Positions 48,643 through 57,227 of a stretch of DNA of 64,000 nucleotides are shown piece by piece. The translations under genes and the position numbers were made by a program. Origin of the DNA: a virus. The notes below the pieces were generated by a model that was not told the origin of the DNA, searched no databases, and was given only the letters and a program-made list of their open reading frames with translations. The first letter of the stretch is position 1, and each line of letters starts with the position of its first letter. Where the stretch lies: the IMG/VR virus record IMGVR_UViG_3300012683_000001, positions 1,406 to 65,405 of that record, one strand, 5' to 3'.

Positions 48643-48946
48643 GTGATGGAACCTTATGGCGTCCAGCGATCAGAGGATAATTTCTTCCCGTATTGGTTCT
48701 GACATGCTCGAATTTATGTTCCACTAATGGCCACCGGATAATGAAATCTCTTTCGATATCGATGATCACATGGATTGCTGCATGGGAAGCCCCCACGACG
48801 ACACCGATTTCTCCAGCGTATATCGGTCCTCGTTTTCGGGTCAGGACTGTCTCGCTGAATTTGATCACATGCCCCACGCGGTAGGTCAGTCGTGTTCTCT
48901 TCGATCCTGTTCTCTTGGGATTACTCATGGGCCAGCGGGGTGTCAC
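48629..48946 (-). CDS. Small beta-rich protein, paralog pair member.
   Basis: RVGHVIKFSE...GEIGVVVGASHAAIHVIIDIE. Confidence 0.4.
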   Translation of the reverse strand: MTPRWPMSNPKRTGSKRTRLTYRVGHVIKFSETVLTRKRGPIYAGEIGVVVGASHAAIHVIIDIERDFIIRWPLVEHKFEHVRTNTGRNYPLIAGRHKVPSRDRI

Positions 48947-49337
48947 TTAAGCTGTCACGCGCTGCTGCGTTCTTCTGCTCGTCCGTCCACGTGATGGCCG
49001 GAGGGCTCGTCACCGGGTCACGCGGCGGGTTGCTCTTGTCCCACTGCGCCCACCGTGCCGCCAGCTGCTTGGCCTTGGCACGGGCTTTGGCTTTGAGTGC
49101 GAGCTTGCGCTTGGCCTGTGAAGTGGCGTTGGTCACGTGTCCCGTGGCAGGGCCTTTGTTGACCTCGTAGGCGGTGATGGCCTGCGAGTCGGTGGGGTGG
49201 TGGCGGATGTGTCGGCCCAGTTTCTTTTTCTTGTTGTCCTCGGTGGTGAGGAACTGCATCTTGTAGTAGGAGCGGTTCCTTGGGATGACTTTGAGTTTCT
49301 TGGCCCCTTTCGGGGTCTTGACGGTGGCCTCTGGCAT
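48921..49337 (-). CDS. Basic Lys/Ala-rich protein, probably DNA-binding.
   Basis: KRKLALKAKARAKAKQLAARWAQW. An operator and promoter lie upstream. Confidence 0.45.
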   Translation of the reverse strand: MPEATVKTPKGAKKLKVIPRNRSYYKMQFLTTEDNKKKKLGRHIRHHPTDSQAITAYEVNKGPATGHVTNATSQAKRKLALKAKARAKAKQLAARWAQWDKSNPPRDPVTSPPAITWTDEQKNAAARDSLSDTPLAHE

Positions 49338-49365
49338 GGGAGCGGTTCCTTGTGCTGTTAGCGTT

Positions 49366-49379
49366 CCATCACGTGATGG
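49366..49379. promoter_or_regulatory. Palindromic operator copy 4 (CCATCACGTGATGG).
   Basis: Perfect 14-mer followed by GAGTGCTAATAGG. Confidence 0.6.
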
Positions 49380-49427
49380 AGTGCTAATAGGCGTTGGGCT
49401 GGTTTTGGGTAGACCTCCATTGTATAT

Positions 49428-49456
49428 AGTATAACATAACTATATATTTAGAGCAA
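49428..49456 (-). promoter_or_regulatory. Sigma70-like promoter (-35 TTGCTC, 17-bp spacer, -10 TATACT).
   Basis: Read on the - strand. Shares the 16-mer with the 45.6 kb promoter. Confidence 0.5.
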
Positions 49457-49473
49457 CCTTTTAATAAACTATT

Positions 49474-50034
49474 TTATTGAGGCACGTGCTGGTATTCCCA
49501 TCGCCATGGGTCGGTTTCCCACGTCTGATAGAGCGTTGTGCCTCTTTTGTTGGAGGGGTTGGTAAAAGCTTTAGCGGTGGGGTTGTAGCAGTCGATAATG
49601 AGGGCGATCAACGTAGGGCTGATGAACTCGTGCTGGTCGATCAGGGTGGCAAGGGGGGTCCTGAGCTTCGTGTAGGCGTTAAAGATCAATGAGGCGGTAG
49701 CGTGGTCGATGCGGTGTTTAATGCGTGGGTTGAGTGGTTTATAGGTATCCTTGAAGGGTAAATAATTTATTTTACGGTGTGATTTGTATTTTAAGGCCAT
49801 GTAAACCTTATAATTTTTCTTTATAAGTACTTGACTTTCATGGGCACGAATATCCCGAGACAGATCTACTTCGTCTTTTTTACGTTTACCCCTAACGATG
49901 CTGGCTATTGTGCGGTAGCTGACGTTGTATTTCTTTTGTAGTGATTTAAGTGTGGTTTTGTTGGTGGGTGTGCGACGAGCGTATTCATTACGAATGATAC
50001 GTGCAGCGGGTGTACTGATACGTTTGTTACTCAT
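49474..50034 (-). CDS. Early protein with an N-terminal HTH.
   Basis: LQKKYNVSYRTIASIVRG. Confidence 0.45.
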   Translation of the reverse strand: MSNKRISTPAARIIRNEYARRTPTNKTTLKSLQKKYNVSYRTIASIVRGKRKKDEVDLSRDIRAHESQVLIKKNYKVYMALKYKSHRKINYLPFKDTYKPLNPRIKHRIDHATASLIFNAYTKLRTPLATLIDQHEFISPTLIALIIDCYNPTAKAFTNPSNKRGTTLYQTWETDPWRWEYQHVPQ

Positions 50035-50255
50035 AGGGTTTTCCCCTTTTTCTTTTTCTTCTGAGGTCTGCGCCTGAGTGGTTTATGGTAGGCAAGCCTG
50101 AAAAATGTATTTTCAGTAATCCCATATTTATCTAATAATTCATCTAGTGGGATACCGTCGTGTAGATGTTCTGTGAGTATGACTGGGACCAACGCTGAGA
50201 GACGATACCCTTTCTTACTACGTGTATAATACTTTTTATATCCATAGTCGGACAT
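50031..50255 (-). CDS. Small basic HTH protein, first early gene.
   Basis: GIPLDELLDKYGITENTFFRL and a poly-Lys tail. Confidence 0.4.
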   Translation of the reverse strand: MSDYGYKKYYTRSKKGYRLSALVPVILTEHLHDGIPLDELLDKYGITENTFFRLAYHKPLRRRPQKKKKKGKTL

Positions 50256-50285
50256 GAGTTTACCTTTTGCTTAAATGGAGGTTTT

Positions 50286-50433
50286 TGTACGTTTGTACGG
50301 GCCTGTACGACTAAAAATTGATGGTAGTCTAGAATAAAATTGTAGGTTGTGGGTCAGCTATTTGTCAAGTACGTTTTCTCTAAGTCCCTAATAATAATAA
50401 TAATAATTTTATAATAGATAGTAGTAGTAGTAG
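50286..50433. repeat. Repeat cluster: three TGTACG copies at about 9-bp spacing, (TAA)6 at 50389-50407, and (TAG)5 at 50419-50433.
   Basis: Read directly from the sequence. Confidence 0.8.
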
Positions 50434-50677
50434 AGGATTTAGGAGTATTTAATTTGTACGCAGAAATTTCGAGAGTATATGCCTACCCTTTAGACTTTCG
50501 GATAAAATTTTTTCCGTTTTGCACGACACATGCCGAACCCCAAAAACCCTTCTGGGAATACATATACTCTTCGGATTTCTTGGTACAATTCAAATTGATC
50601 TAATTAACTGCGTAAACGATGTAATAATCAATCACTTAGGTAGTATATTCGTACAGCATTACCATCAATTTTTAATC
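50311..50677. repeat. Long-range inverted repeat: TAAAAATTGATGGTA at 50312-50326 pairs with TACCATCAATTTTTA at 50660-50674.
   Basis: 15-bp perfect inverted match bracketing the microsatellites. Confidence 0.7.
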
Positions 50678-50697
50678 TAATTTTGTTCCATTTTTAC

Positions 50698-50779
50698 CAT
50701 CTAAGCAAACGGTAATAGCATTCCATCACACGATGGAGTGTTAATACCTTTGATGTTCACATCATCTAAGCAAACGGTA
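50698..50779. repeat. Direct repeats CATCTAAGCAAACGGTA at 50698-50714 and 50763-50779.
   Basis: 17-bp perfect direct repeat. The first copy abuts operator copy 5. The second is followed by a CACGTG box. Confidence 0.7.
50723..50736. promoter_or_regulatory. Palindromic operator copy 5 (CCATCACACGATGG, imperfect).
   Basis: Flanked by TAATAGCATT on the 5' side and AGTGTTAATACC on the 3' side. Confidence 0.5.
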
Positions 50780-50860
50780 TTGCCACGTGCTATCGTGCGC
50801 ACGCACACAAATCGGGAACTGGTTTCAAGCAGCCGCGTGGACTGTAATAACATTCCATCA

Positions 50861-50882
50861 CGTGATGGAATGGTAAAGACAA
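50861..50882. promoter_or_regulatory. Palindromic operator copy 6, a perfect 22-bp palindrome CATTCCATCACGTGATGGAATG.
   Basis: Its reverse complement equals itself. Confidence 0.65.
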
Positions 50883-50910
50883 AAAAACCCGCCTTACGGC
50901 GGGTTTAATA
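50881..50910 (-). terminator. Rho-independent terminator after 50926..51573.
   Basis: On the - strand, ACCCGCCGTAAGGCGGGT followed by TTTTTTT. It is A-rich on the other side and could work in both directions. Confidence 0.6.
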
Positions 50911-50925
50911 GTTGGATGGTGAGGC

Positions 50926-51573
50926 TTACTTGGTCGCGTAGGCGGCGCTGATCCGCTTGGTGACCGTGGCAAGCAAGGTTTCGAGTTCTACCTTGTCCTT
51001 GCGGTTCCGCTTGCAGATGGCATCAACGTGCTGAGCCGTGAACTGATCCGTGGTTGCCGGATCGCCGCGCTCCCGCTTGGCGTCATTGGCCATGCGTTCC
51101 CACCGGTCGTAGCGTGTCGAGAAGAAGGAACTGCACACTTTCCGCATGTCCCGCACTTTCCCGCGCAGCGTGGCGATCTGATCCGGCTTCCCGGCCAGCT
51201 TCTGCGCGTCCTCTTTCGAGAGTCCGATGGCCCATGCCGCAGTCAACACATGCGCGCCCTTGTCATGGACTCGAATCGTGCCGTCGGCCTGACTGAGTAC
51301 ATCGTAACGCGTGTCCACCTGTCCGGGCAGTGCGCACCAGTAGTTCTCAACTGCACTGCGGAATGCAGCCTTAGCCTCCGGGTCGGCTGCTTCGATCTTG
51401 GTCACACCATCCGGAAGCTTGGTCGTGATAGTGAACACTTTCAGCACCTTGCACTCGCCGATCCTCTCGGACAGGTGTTGTTCCGTTTGCAGCATGTCGT
51501 GCGCCAGTGCGCCGATGCGCTGCGACACGGGCAGTACGTTGCGTACCGCGTCTGCGATTACCTTGTTAATCAT
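50926..51573 (-). CDS. Hypothetical protein (215 aa) in a GC-rich island.
   Basis: Visibly higher GC than its neighbours. Has its own operator upstream and a terminator downstream. Confidence 0.45.
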   Translation of the reverse strand: MINKVIADAVRNVLPVSQRIGALAHDMLQTEQHLSERIGECKVLKVFTITTKLPDGVTKIEAADPEAKAAFRSAVENYWCALPGQVDTRYDVLSQADGTIRVHDKGAHVLTAAWAIGLSKEDAQKLAGKPDQIATLRGKVRDMRKVCSSFFSTRYDRWERMANDAKRERGDPATTDQFTAQHVDAICKRNRKDKVELETLLATVTKRISAAYATK

Positions 51574-51659
51574 GTTTGCTCTCTCCTAGATCACTAGAGA
51601 CATTCTCTAGCGTGGTAAGAGTATGCGCCTTATTCCTGTCACTGTCTAGTTTTACTTTA

Positions 51660-51681
51660 CATTCCATCAGGTGATGGAATG
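51660..51681. promoter_or_regulatory. Palindromic operator copy 7 (CATTCCATCA-GG-TGATGGAATG).
   Basis: Lies about 90 nt upstream of 50926..51573 in the divergent region. Confidence 0.55.
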
Positions 51682-52073
51682 CTAACCCCACAGGTACCCT
51701 ATGCACCGCTTTTGATGAAAGCATGCTTGCCCATTACGCCGTCTTGGTTCTGGTCATACGATGCTGAAAATACAGAGAGGGCCCCGTCATGTTTAAAGAT
51801 ACTATCTACCCACTCTATTTTATAAAGTACGGGTAGCTGCCGGTAGCTACTTAATATCATTTAAAATACTATCTACCCAACTAAATTCTTTTAAAGTATT
51901 CTAGAATTTTCTCGTCACACCCCCCTCTCAAGTCCTATGAAAATAGCCCCCTCAGCACAAGCTGGATAATTTTGGAAAATTTCTTCGAGTAATTCCCCTC
52001 TTTTCATCACTTTCTCATACTTCCCTAATTCCTTTCATTGCAAATTATTGATTAATTGATCTATATTCGGAAG

Positions 52074-52631
52074 ATGCCTGAGACTTTATATGTCCCCGAG
52101 ATCGATATAGACATCCCTTTACCCAAAGGGGCTGTGGAGGCTTTTCCAGAGTTATCCCCCGCGCAGGAACTCTCGATGAGAGCCCGCACGGTGAAATTAA
52201 TCAGTGATTTATCAGGCATACCGATCATCCCTGATCAAGAGAACAAAGATCAGGCGATGATGATTGCCAAGGCTATGATGGAAAATCCTAAACTCAGACC
52301 AGAATTTAGTAAATACGCCAATGAGACCATGGCGTTCTTGGCAGGTTTAGTCCAACAGACTAATTGTCAGATCGTAGATGAACTCAGTGAATTAAAAAAT
52401 TACGTTGTGAACAAGCTCTTGATGGAAGTCGAGAATGCATCTTCTAGTAAAGATCGCATCGCAGCGCTTCGCATCCTTGGTGAAGTGGATGGCGTAGACG
52501 CCTACAAGCGTCGCAGTGAAGTGACGATGCAAGTCAAACCGATAGCAGAAGTTGAACAAGAGTTAAAATCGTACATTGATGCTCTAGAAGTCCGGGTACT
52601 GGAGCATCAAGTTGAACCCATCAAGCATTGA
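52074..52631 (+). CDS. Putative small terminase subunit.
   Basis: Position directly 5' of, and overlapping, the large terminase gene. The ATG at 52074 follows GGAAG. Confidence 0.4.
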   Translation: MPETLYVPEIDIDIPLPKGAVEAFPELSPAQELSMRARTVKLISDLSGIPIIPDQENKDQAMMIAKAMMENPKLRPEFSKYANETMAFLAGLVQQTNCQIVDELSELKNYVVNKLLMEVENASSSKDRIAALRILGEVDGVDAYKRRSEVTMQVKPIAEVEQELKSYIDALEVRVLEHQVEPIKH

Positions 52632-54147
52632 CCTCACACCCGCTTCGCTCGCTAAGCTTCGCTCAGCCCTGCCGACGATGCAGGACAAAGACAAGCGGGA
52701 GATCGCCGAGCTACTCAAGGCTTATCAGGCACAGATTACCAAGACTCTAGGCAAAGACAACTTCCTAGACTTTATAAAGCATGTTTATACAGGCTATAAA
52801 GTCGGCCCCCATCACAAGACGCTGGCCCGGATCTTTGAGGACATAGAAGCAGGGCGTAAGAAACGGGTTATTGTCAACATCGCACCACGTCACGGCAAGA
52901 GTGAGATGATCTCTTACCTTGCTCCAGCGTGGTTCTTGGGGAGGAACCCCCAAAAGAAGGTGATCATTGCCTCACACACCGCCGACCTCGCCGTTGATTT
53001 CTCCCGCCGCGTTCGCAATCTGGTCAGCAGCGATCAGTTTAGGGATATATTCCCCAACGTGGAGCTGCAAACAGACTCTAAATCTGCTGCTCGATGGGGA
53101 ACCAATTTTAACGGTGAATATTTCGCCATCGGAGTGGGAGGCGCTCTTGCGGGACGAGGCGCAGATTTGCTCGTTATTGATGATCCTCATTCTGAGCAAG
53201 AAGCTAAACAAAATCGACCCGAAGTTTTCAACCCCGTTTATGAATGGTATCAGTCAGGACCTCTCCAGCGCCTGATGCCGGGCGGATCGGTCATTATTGT
53301 GATGACCCGGTGGTCTAAAATGGACCTTACAGGCCAAATTATTGACCACATGACCCGCAACGACGATGCGGATCAGTATGAGATCGTCGAATTTCCAGCC
53401 ATTTTGGATGATGGGACGAGTTTATGGCCGGAATTTTGGCCCGTGGAGGAGCTTTTAGCGAAGAAAAACAGTTTAGACATCCGGTATTGGCAGTCCCAGT
53501 ACATGCAGAACCCCACTTCAGAGGAAGGGGCCTTAATTAAACGGGAGTGGTGGAAAATATGGGAAAAAGAAACGCCACCGGACTGTAGTTTCGTGATTAT
53601 GAGCTTGGACAGTGCCCAAGAGGCCCATAATCAGGCCGATTACAATGCATTATTGACATGGGGCGTGTTCTTTAATGAAGAAATCAATAATTACAATATT
53701 ATTTTACTCAATGCGATCAAACAAAGGCTGGAATTTCCTGAACTCAAGAAGCTCGTGTATGAGCAATACACCGAGTGGAAGCCCGACGCCTTCATTGTTG
53801 AGAAAAAGTCGTCCGGTTCAGCTCTTTATCAAGAAATGCGGCGCATGGGTCTGCCCATTGGGGAATTTACCCCCTCTAAAGGCCAAGACAAGATAGCCAG
53901 AGTCAACGCGGTGAGCGACCTCTTTAATTCCGGCATCGTGTGGGCACCGGACCGGCGCTGGGCGCATGAGGTCATCGAGGAGTGTAACGACTTCCCGAGC
54001 GGGAAAAATGATGACCTTGTTGACGCGACCACTTTAGCCTTGATCCGCTTCCGGCAAGGCGGGTTTTTAAAACTCCCGAGCGATGAGCCTGACCCCATAC
54101 AGATGTTCAGAGGCAAGCGGGGCAAGGGGTACTACCATGTCATCTAG
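52612..54147 (+). CDS. Terminase large subunit.
   Basis: Deviant Walker A VNIAPRHGKSE, Walker B LLVIDDPHSE, and a C-terminal nuclease region with acidic residues. Confidence 0.85.
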   Translation: MNPSSIDLTPASLAKLRSALPTMQDKDKREIAELLKAYQAQITKTLGKDNFLDFIKHVYTGYKVGPHHKTLARIFEDIEAGRKKRVIVNIAPRHGKSEMISYLAPAWFLGRNPQKKVIIASHTADLAVDFSRRVRNLVSSDQFRDIFPNVELQTDSKSAARWGTNFNGEYFAIGVGGALAGRGADLLVIDDPHSEQEAKQNRPEVFNPVYEWYQSGPLQRLMPGGSVIIVMTRWSKMDLTGQIIDHMTRNDDADQYEIVEFPAILDDGTSLWPEFWPVEELLAKKNSLDIRYWQSQYMQNPTSEEGALIKREWWKIWEKETPPDCSFVIMSLDSAQEAHNQADYNALLTWGVFFNEEINNYNIILLNAIKQRLEFPELKKLVYEQYTEWKPDAFIVEKKSSGSALYQEMRRMGLPIGEFTPSKGQDKIARVNAVSDLFNSGIVWAPDRRWAHEVIEECNDFPSGKNDDLVDATTLALIRFRQGGFLKLPSDEPDPIQMFRGKRGKGYYHVI

Positions 54148-54156
54148 GAATTCTTT

Positions 54157-57024
54157 ATGAGTATAGATCGCGGCATCATGCAGGCTCCGCAGGGGATCGA
54201 GAGTCTTGCCAACGGGCTCGACCCCATCGTGATCGAGATCGTCGAGGAGGGGGCGGAGCCTAAGAAGGAGGAGAAAGAGGAAGAAGACTTCGATGAGAAT
54301 TTAGCCGAGAAGATCGACGCAGGCCAACTCTCCACTCTAGCCGGTGAATTGATCGCTGACTATGACACCGACTGCCGCGACAGGCAGGAGTGGCTAAAGA
54401 CTTATATAGAGGGTTTAAAGTTACTGGGGTTGAAGTATGACGACGTGACCGAACCATGGGCAGGAGCCTGTGGCGTGTTTCATCCGCTACTCATGGAGTC
54501 AGCCACTAAGTTCCAGTCCGAGACCATCATGGAGACTTTTCCGGCGGCTGGGCCGGTCAAGACCACGATCATCGGCAAAGAGACGCCCGAGAAAATAGAG
54601 GCGTCGATCCGTGTCAAGAATGACATGAACTACGAGCTGACAGAGTGTATGCCGGAGTACAGGCCCGAGCATGAACGGATGTTACTGACCCTGTGTCTAT
54701 CGGGCAACGCGTTCAAAAAGATCTACTTTGACCCCTCTTTAAATCGTCAGACCGCCCCTTACATTGGCAGTGAAGACATTGTGGTCCCTTACGGAGCGAC
54801 CAGTATTGAGGCATCCGAGCGGGTCACCCATCGGATGCGCAAAACCCCTAACGAGGTGAAACGCCTTCAGGTCGCGGGGTTTTATCGTGAAAAAGACCTC
54901 GGTACGCCACTTCTTGTGATGGATGACGTAGAGAAGCAGAAAGCCAAAGAGACCGGGTTCAGTGCCACTGCCATAGACAGCCGGTTTCAGTTACTAGAAA
55001 TGCACGTCAACTTGGACCTAATAGGCTACGAGGATAAAGACAAGTCCGGACACCCCACGGGGATCGAGCTGCCTTATGTGGTTACAATCGAGAAAGGTAC
55101 CAACACTGTCCTTGCGATACGAAGGAATTGGCTCAGGGAAGATCCGCTTAAACTCCGACGGCAGCATTTCGTCCACTACGGCTATATACCGGGTTTCGGA
55201 TTCTACTACTTCGGTCTTATTCATCTTATCGGGGGTCACGCTCGCTCAGCTACAAGCCTTCTTAGACAGCTTATCGACGCGGGAACTCTCAGCAATCTGC
55301 CGGGCGGGTTTAAAGCCAATGGAATGCGAATTAAAGGAGACGACACTCCCGTCAGTCCCGGAGAGTGGCGCGATATAGACCTCCCCAGCGGGACGATCAA
55401 AGATAATATTCTGCCACTCCCTTATAAAGAACCGAGCCAAGTCTTACTGGCTCTGATGAATCAAGTGATAGAAGACGGTCGCCGGTTCGCCGCTGTGGCT
55501 GATCTTAAAGTCTCTGACATGTCTTCACAATCCCCGGTCGGTACGACGCTCGCCATCCTAGAGCGGGTACTCAAGGTGATGAGCGCAGTGCAGGCTCGCA
55601 TTCACTATACGATGAAACAAGAGTTCAAGCTCCTCGCTGCCATCATCAGGGACAACACACCAGAGGACTACGACTATGAGCCAGAGGTCGGGGTGGCGAC
55701 TGCTAAAAGAGCGGACTACGACTGTTGTGATGTCATCCCGGTGTCGGACCCGAACGCCAGCACTATGTCCCAGCGCGTGGTCCAGTATCAGGCTGTACTT
55801 CAACTATCACAATCTGCGCCTCAGATCTACGATCTTCCGTTTCTTCACCGGCAAATGATCGAGACACTGGGGGTAAAGAACTCCCAGAAGATCGTGCCAA
55901 TGAAGACCGACATGCTGCCCCTTGATCCGGTCAGCGAAAATATGACTATCCTCATGGGCAAGCCGGTGAAAGCCTTCTTGTATCAAGACCATGAAGCCCA
56001 CTTACATGTCCACATGGCCGCACTACAAGATCCTAAGATCATGCAGATCGCGGGCCAAAATCCACAGGCCCCCATCATTATGGCGGCTGCTCAAGCACAC
56101 ATTATGGAGCATGTGGCTTATGCATATCGCAAGCAGCTTGAGACGCAACTCGGTGCCTCGTTGCCGCCGCCACCGGACTTTGGCGGGGAGGACTTGGACG
56201 TTGGGCACATGCCGCCTGACGTGGAGGTACGGATTTCTGCACTTGCCGCTCAAGCCGCTGCCAAGTTGTTGCAGAAGGACAAGCAGGAGGCTCAGGCTCA
56301 GCAGGCCCAGCAGCAACAACAGGACCCACTGATCCAGATGCAGCAGCAGGAGCTACAGCTCAAGGCTCAGGAATTGCAGCTCAAGCAGCAGGACATGCAG
56401 ATGAAGCAGCAGCTGGCACAACAGGAGATGCAGATTGCGCAACTCGAAAGTAAAAACAAGATGCAGGTGGCTCAGGCTGAAGCGATGCGGAAGGGTCGTA
56501 AAGATATTATCGACGCGGCGGCCAAGAAGGATGAGCAGGACCTGAAAGAGAAGGACATGCGCATGCGTGCTCATCAGGCTGGTGCGCAGTTGGGGTTACA
56601 AGCCGCTCAGCAGAAAGCGCAGGCTGCACAGGCTCAACAGCAGGCTGAACAGACCCGGCGACAGACCGCCAGTCAACAGCAGTTAGAGGGAGCCAAGCTG
56701 GGGGCAGATATTGCCAAGACTCACAAGGAGCATCAGATCGACCTACACAAGCATGCCATTGATACCGTGGCTGACTTGCATAAGAACCAGCTGGAGCATC
56801 AGCGTGAGCACTTCCATCAGGGACAGGATCGGAACGTGGACTTACGCAAGCACGCGGCGAGTTTAAATACTGAGCTGCACAAGCATGAGACCCAGCAAGA
56901 CTTGGACCTCCACAAGCATGAGACTTTATTGGAGCATCAGAAGGAGATGGAGAAGATGAAAGCGGAAGCCGCAAAAGAAGCGGCCAAGAACAGGCCAAAA
57001 CCTGCACCGGGAGCTAAGAAATGA
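54157..57024 (+). CDS. Portal protein with a roughly 330-aa Q-rich coiled-coil and (D)LHKH-repeat C-terminal extension.
   Basis: Position after TerL and size. The C-terminus holds QQQ tracts and six or more LHKH(E/A) repeats. Confidence 0.7.
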   Translation: MSIDRGIMQAPQGIESLANGLDPIVIEIVEEGAEPKKEEKEEEDFDENLAEKIDAGQLSTLAGELIADYDTDCRDRQEWLKTYIEGLKLLGLKYDDVTEPWAGACGVFHPLLMESATKFQSETIMETFPAAGPVKTTIIGKETPEKIEASIRVKNDMNYELTECMPEYRPEHERMLLTLCLSGNAFKKIYFDPSLNRQTAPYIGSEDIVVPYGATSIEASERVTHRMRKTPNEVKRLQVAGFYREKDLGTPLLVMDDVEKQKAKETGFSATAIDSRFQLLEMHVNLDLIGYEDKDKSGHPTGIELPYVVTIEKGTNTVLAIRRNWLREDPLKLRRQHFVHYGYIPGFGFYYFGLIHLIGGHARSATSLLRQLIDAGTLSNLPGGFKANGMRIKGDDTPVSPGEWRDIDLPSGTIKDNILPLPYKEPSQVLLALMNQVIEDGRRFAAVADLKVSDMSSQSPVGTTLAILERVLKVMSAVQARIHYTMKQEFKLLAAIIRDNTPEDYDYEPEVGVATAKRADYDCCDVIPVSDPNASTMSQRVVQYQAVLQLSQSAPQIYDLPFLHRQMIETLGVKNSQKIVPMKTDMLPLDPVSENMTILMGKPVKAFLYQDHEAHLHVHMAALQDPKIMQIAGQNPQAPIIMAAAQAHIMEHVAYAYRKQLETQLGASLPPPPDFGGEDLDVGHMPPDVEVRISALAAQAAAKLLQKDKQEAQAQQAQQQQQDPLIQMQQQELQLKAQELQLKQQDMQMKQQLAQQEMQIAQLESKNKMQVAQAEAMRKGRKDIIDAAAKKDEQDLKEKDMRMRAHQAGAQLGLQAAQQKAQAAQAQQQAEQTRRQTASQQQLEGAKLGADIAKTHKEHQIDLHKHAIDTVADLHKNQLEHQREHFHQGQDRNVDLRKHAASLNTELHKHETQQDLDLHKHETLLEHQKEMEKMKAEAAKEAAKNRPKPAPGAKK

Positions 57025-57227
57025 CACCAGACGCATTAAGAATATGGGAGCAGATGACTAAACAGATTAATGATGGTCGAGATCGCTTGACCATTACGAT
57101 GCAAAACGGAAATTTCACAACTTTTGAGGATTATAAGTATGTAGTGGGTCAGTACAGAGGACTAACAATAGCATTGAACATGCTAGATGAAATCGGTACA
57201 AAAATAGAAGGAACTGACGATGAGTGA
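57021..57227 (+). CDS. Hypothetical small protein.
   Basis: ATGA-coupled to the portal gene. Confidence 0.3.
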   Translation: MTPDALRIWEQMTKQINDGRDRLTITMQNGNFTTFEDYKYVVGQYRGLTIALNMLDEIGTKIEGTDDE

